A DNA stretch of 64,000 nt from Micavibrio sp. Its GTDB lineage: Bacteria > Pseudomonadota > Alphaproteobacteria > Micavibrionales > UBA2020. The notes under the pieces are model-generated. The model saw nothing but the letters and a program-made list of their open reading frames with translations. It was not told the DNA's origin and did no database searches. Shown here piece by piece: positions 61,767-64,000 of this stretch (position 1 is the first letter of the stretch; every line of letters begins with the position of its first letter). The translations under genes and the position numbers were made by a program. The stretch covers positions 7,919 through 71,918 of the forward strand of contig JBEIOU010000013.1 in the NCBI GenBank assembly GCA_040377425.1, given 5' to 3'.

Positions 61767-62372
61767 TCAGCGTTTCGGTGAATAATCTTTGCGGCGCGGC
61801 GGCGGCAACAAATCTGGCGGCACCGGAATTTTGTGACCCAGTTCATCCGGAAAAATATGACCCGTCCGCGCCGCGACGTATGCGGGGTGCCAATGCATGT
61901 ATATTTTTTGTTTCATGCCCTGCGGATTTTTTGCGGCAAGGATATTCAGCGCATCGCCGATTTGAACATCCATCATGATCAGCGTATCTACAATCCGCTC
62001 CACGCCCTGCGCATGGCCGGTGCGTTGCCAGACGTTCCAGTTGCCTTTTGTATTGCGCTTGGCAAAAAAACGGCGCCCACCAGCATCTTCGGGCAGCTTG
62101 ATGACGTTGAGGTCCTGCAGCTCTATCGGCTGATGATTGGCGGCCCTTGCCAGACGGGCGGCAAAGCGGCGGAATTGCTGTGACAGCGGCTCTTCGCCCA
62201 GCGCCTTTTGCAGGGCGTCCGGCAGGGCGTCGAAACGCATCTGGCGGTTGGCAATATCTTGCAGCATTTCCTGCTCGGCGGTGTAGCCTTTGCCGATCAG
62301 GCGGCCTGTATTGCGGGCGGCTTTTTTGATGTGGTCGAAAAACGGCGGCATGGGCGGGCGGCTTTCAGGCAA
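61767..62372 (-). CDS. Hypothetical protein, long paralogue (about 85-aa N-terminal extension, Pro-rich C-terminus)
   Basis: See the shared blocks with 61292..61675. The product is 201 aa. Confidence 0.55.
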   Translation of the reverse strand: MPESRPPMPPFFDHIKKAARNTGRLIGKGYTAEQEMLQDIANRQMRFDALPDALQKALGEEPLSQQFRRFAARLARAANHQPIELQDLNVIKLPEDAGGRRFFAKRNTKGNWNVWQRTGHAQGVERIVDTLIMMDVQIGDALNILAAKNPQGMKQKIYMHWHPAYVAARTGHIFPDELGHKIPVPPDLLPPPRRKDYSPKR

Positions 62373-62534
62373 TGTATATTACGCGCGGCGCATGCTCTGG
62401 CGCGGGGGTTGTTCATGCCGCAGAGGCTATCAAAGGAGATAGATTATGTCAATATTGTGCGATTTTAATGTTAAATCCTTGATTTGAACGCCTGTTTTTG
62501 GCACATATGCGGCCATTACCAAGGGGGCTTTTAT

Positions 62535-62966
62535 ATGCATATCCGCTGCTATCCGGTCGTTTCGCCCGAAGATATGAAAACGTGCATGGATATTCGCCAC
62601 AAAGTTTTCGTCGAAGAACAGCAGGTGCCCGCCAATCTGGAGATGGATGGTCTGGATACCGCTGCGCGCCACTTTGCGGTACAGGCCGATGGCAACGTGA
62701 TTGCCACCTGCCGCGTCCGCCTGATGGGCAGCGCCGCCAAAATCGAACGTGTCGCCGTTTTGAAAGAACACCGCAGCCGCGGCGTGGGCGGTGTTTTGAT
62801 GAAATACATCTTGCAGGAACTGTCCAAGGCGGGCGATATTCAGCTGTTCAAGCTGAGCGCGCAGGCCGAGGCCGTGCCGTTCTACGAAAAGCTTGGCTTC
62901 CGCACCCGCGGGTCCGAGTATATGGATGCCGGAATTCCGCATTACGATATGGTGCTTGAAAAATAA
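62535..62966 (+). CDS. GNAT-family N-acetyltransferase
   Basis: IERVAVLKEHRSRGVGGVLM (motif A) and FYEKLGF. An AAGGGGG RBS precedes the ATG at 62535. Confidence 0.85.
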   Translation: MHIRCYPVVSPEDMKTCMDIRHKVFVEEQQVPANLEMDGLDTAARHFAVQADGNVIATCRVRLMGSAAKIERVAVLKEHRSRGVGGVLMKYILQELSKAGDIQLFKLSAQAEAVPFYEKLGFRTRGSEYMDAGIPHYDMVLEK

Positions 62967-62995
62967 CCAAACCGCCCAAGGAAGAGCGATACATC

Positions 62996-64000
62996 ATGTC
63001 CAAACAACAGCCCGCAGCCGAACAGCACGCTACCGACTCCAACGCCCTGATCGAGGCGAAGATCGAGAACATGAAGCAGCTGCAGCTGAAGGGCGTGAAC
63101 CCCTTCGCATACCGCTTTGACGTCACGGCATTCGCCGCCGACCTGCAAAAGAAATATGAAAGCCTGAAAGACGGCGAGACGACCGAAGATGTCGTGTCTG
63201 TCGCAGGCCGCGTCATGTCGAACCGCAACTCCGGCATGTTCATCGACCTCAAAGACACCACGGGCAAAATCCAGATTTTCAGCCACAAAGAACACGTGCC
63301 CGCCGACCTGCTCGAGCAAATGGCGTTCTATGACATCGGCGACATCATCGGCGTCACGGGCAAAGTCCGCCGTACCCCGCGCGGCGAGTTGACGATCAAT
63401 ACCGAAAAGGTCGAGATGCTGACCAAGTCCGTGCGTCCGCTGCCGGAAAAATACCACGGCCTGCACGACGTAGAGCTGAAATACCGCAAGCGCTATCTCG
63501 ATCTGATCATGAACGACGAGAGCCGCGAGACGTTCCGCAAACGCAGCCGCATTCTGTCGTTCATCCGCCAGACCCTGACGGGTGAAGGTTTCATGGAAGT
63601 TGAAACGCCGATGCTGCACTCGATTGCGGGTGGCGCAAACGCGAAACCGTTTTTGACACATCACAACGCGCTGGATATGCAGCTGTATCTGCGCATCGCC
63701 CCCGAACTGCACCTGAAGCGTCTGGTGGTGGGCGGTTTTGACCGCGTGTTCGAAATCAACCGCTGCTTCAGAAACGAAGGCATCTCGGTCAAGCACAACC
63801 CCGAATTTACGTCGGTAGAAATCTATCAGGCCTATGCCGATTACAACGATATGATGGCACTGACCGAACGCATCATCGAAGGCGCCGTCAAGATGCTGCA
63901 CGGCGGCGAAACCAAAATCAAATTCGGCGAGCGTGAAATCGACTTCAAAGCCCCTTGGGCGCGCAAGACGATGACGGAACTGGTACAGGAAAAAACCGGT
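62996..64000 (+). CDS. lysS: Lysyl-tRNA synthetase class II, 3' partial (runs off the window)
   Basis: It has an OB anticodon-binding domain. Downstream come RKRYLDLIMN, GFMEVETPML, RIAPELHLKRLVVGG and FEINRCFRNEG. It is not in the ORF track because there is no stop in the window. Confidence 0.92.
   Translation, partial: MSKQQPAAEQHATDSNALIEAKIENMKQLQLKGVNPFAYRFDVTAFAADLQKKYESLKDGETTEDVVSVAGRVMSNRNSGMFIDLKDTTGKIQIFSHKEHVPADLLEQMAFYDIGDIIGVTGKVRRTPRGELTINTEKVEMLTKSVRPLPEKYHGLHDVELKYRKRYLDLIMNDESRETFRKRSRILSFIRQTLTGEGFMEVETPMLHSIAGGANAKPFLTHHNALDMQLYLRIAPELHLKRLVVGGFDRVFEINRCFRNEGISVKHNPEFTSVEIYQAYADYNDMMALTERIIEGAVKMLHGGETKIKFGEREIDFKAPWARKTMTELVQEKTG

Noticed and set aside
62942-63901. 319-aa ORF on the minus strand
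   Set aside because: It is antisense to the 3'-partial lysS, which is missing from the ORF track only because it has no stop in the window. The lysS frame carries clear class II LysRS motifs.

Overview
The window is a GC-rich chromosomal segment that looks alphaproteobacterial. Supporting markers are an F1Fo-ATPase zeta-subunit (DUF1476) homologue, an NDUFA9-like SDR, homospermidine synthase, and long C-terminal tails on S16 and L19. This taxonomy is inferred from family content only and was not checked against any database. Most of the window is dense housekeeping sequence, including nrdHIEF, the rpsP-rimM / trmD-rplS genes, ffh, thrS-infC, LPS-core glycosyltransferases, surA-rsmA, uvrD, pal-cpoB-tilS-ftsH, glmM-nadK, folE, a DinG-like helicase and lysS, plus one tRNA-Ser(GGA). 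I saw no CRISPR array, IS element, integrase or rRNA. The backbone is interrupted by several short, visibly AT-richer or otherwise odd insertions:

1. Two tandem, divergent paralogues of the glutamate-cysteine-ligase superfamily (52829-55986). Each has its own copy of a TTGACAGAATCA promoter-like element and a near-leaderless mini-ORF, one of which is His-rich. This is my best candidate for an undescribed system.
2. An AT-rich islet next to tRNA-Ser (about 9285-11628). It is built from a duplicated cassette of a roughly 200-bp non-coding repeat, a small secreted protein and a membrane-anchored protein, with a decayed third copy.
3. A glycine-zipper membrane protein gene inserted antisense into the otherwise conserved rpsP-rimM-trmD-rplS operon, flanked by a bidirectional terminator.
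4. A leuC/leuD-derived gene pair that keeps open reading frames but has lost the Fe-S half of LeuC and the catalytic motifs.
5. Two ankyrin-repeat proteins. One is followed by an AT-rich small ORF, and the other sits in the ftsH-glmM gap.
6. Two tandem paralogous proteins of unknown family (61292-62372).
7. An Old Yellow Enzyme gene broken inside a (TG)4 tract.

All functional calls rest on motif recognition by eye. No searches were run.
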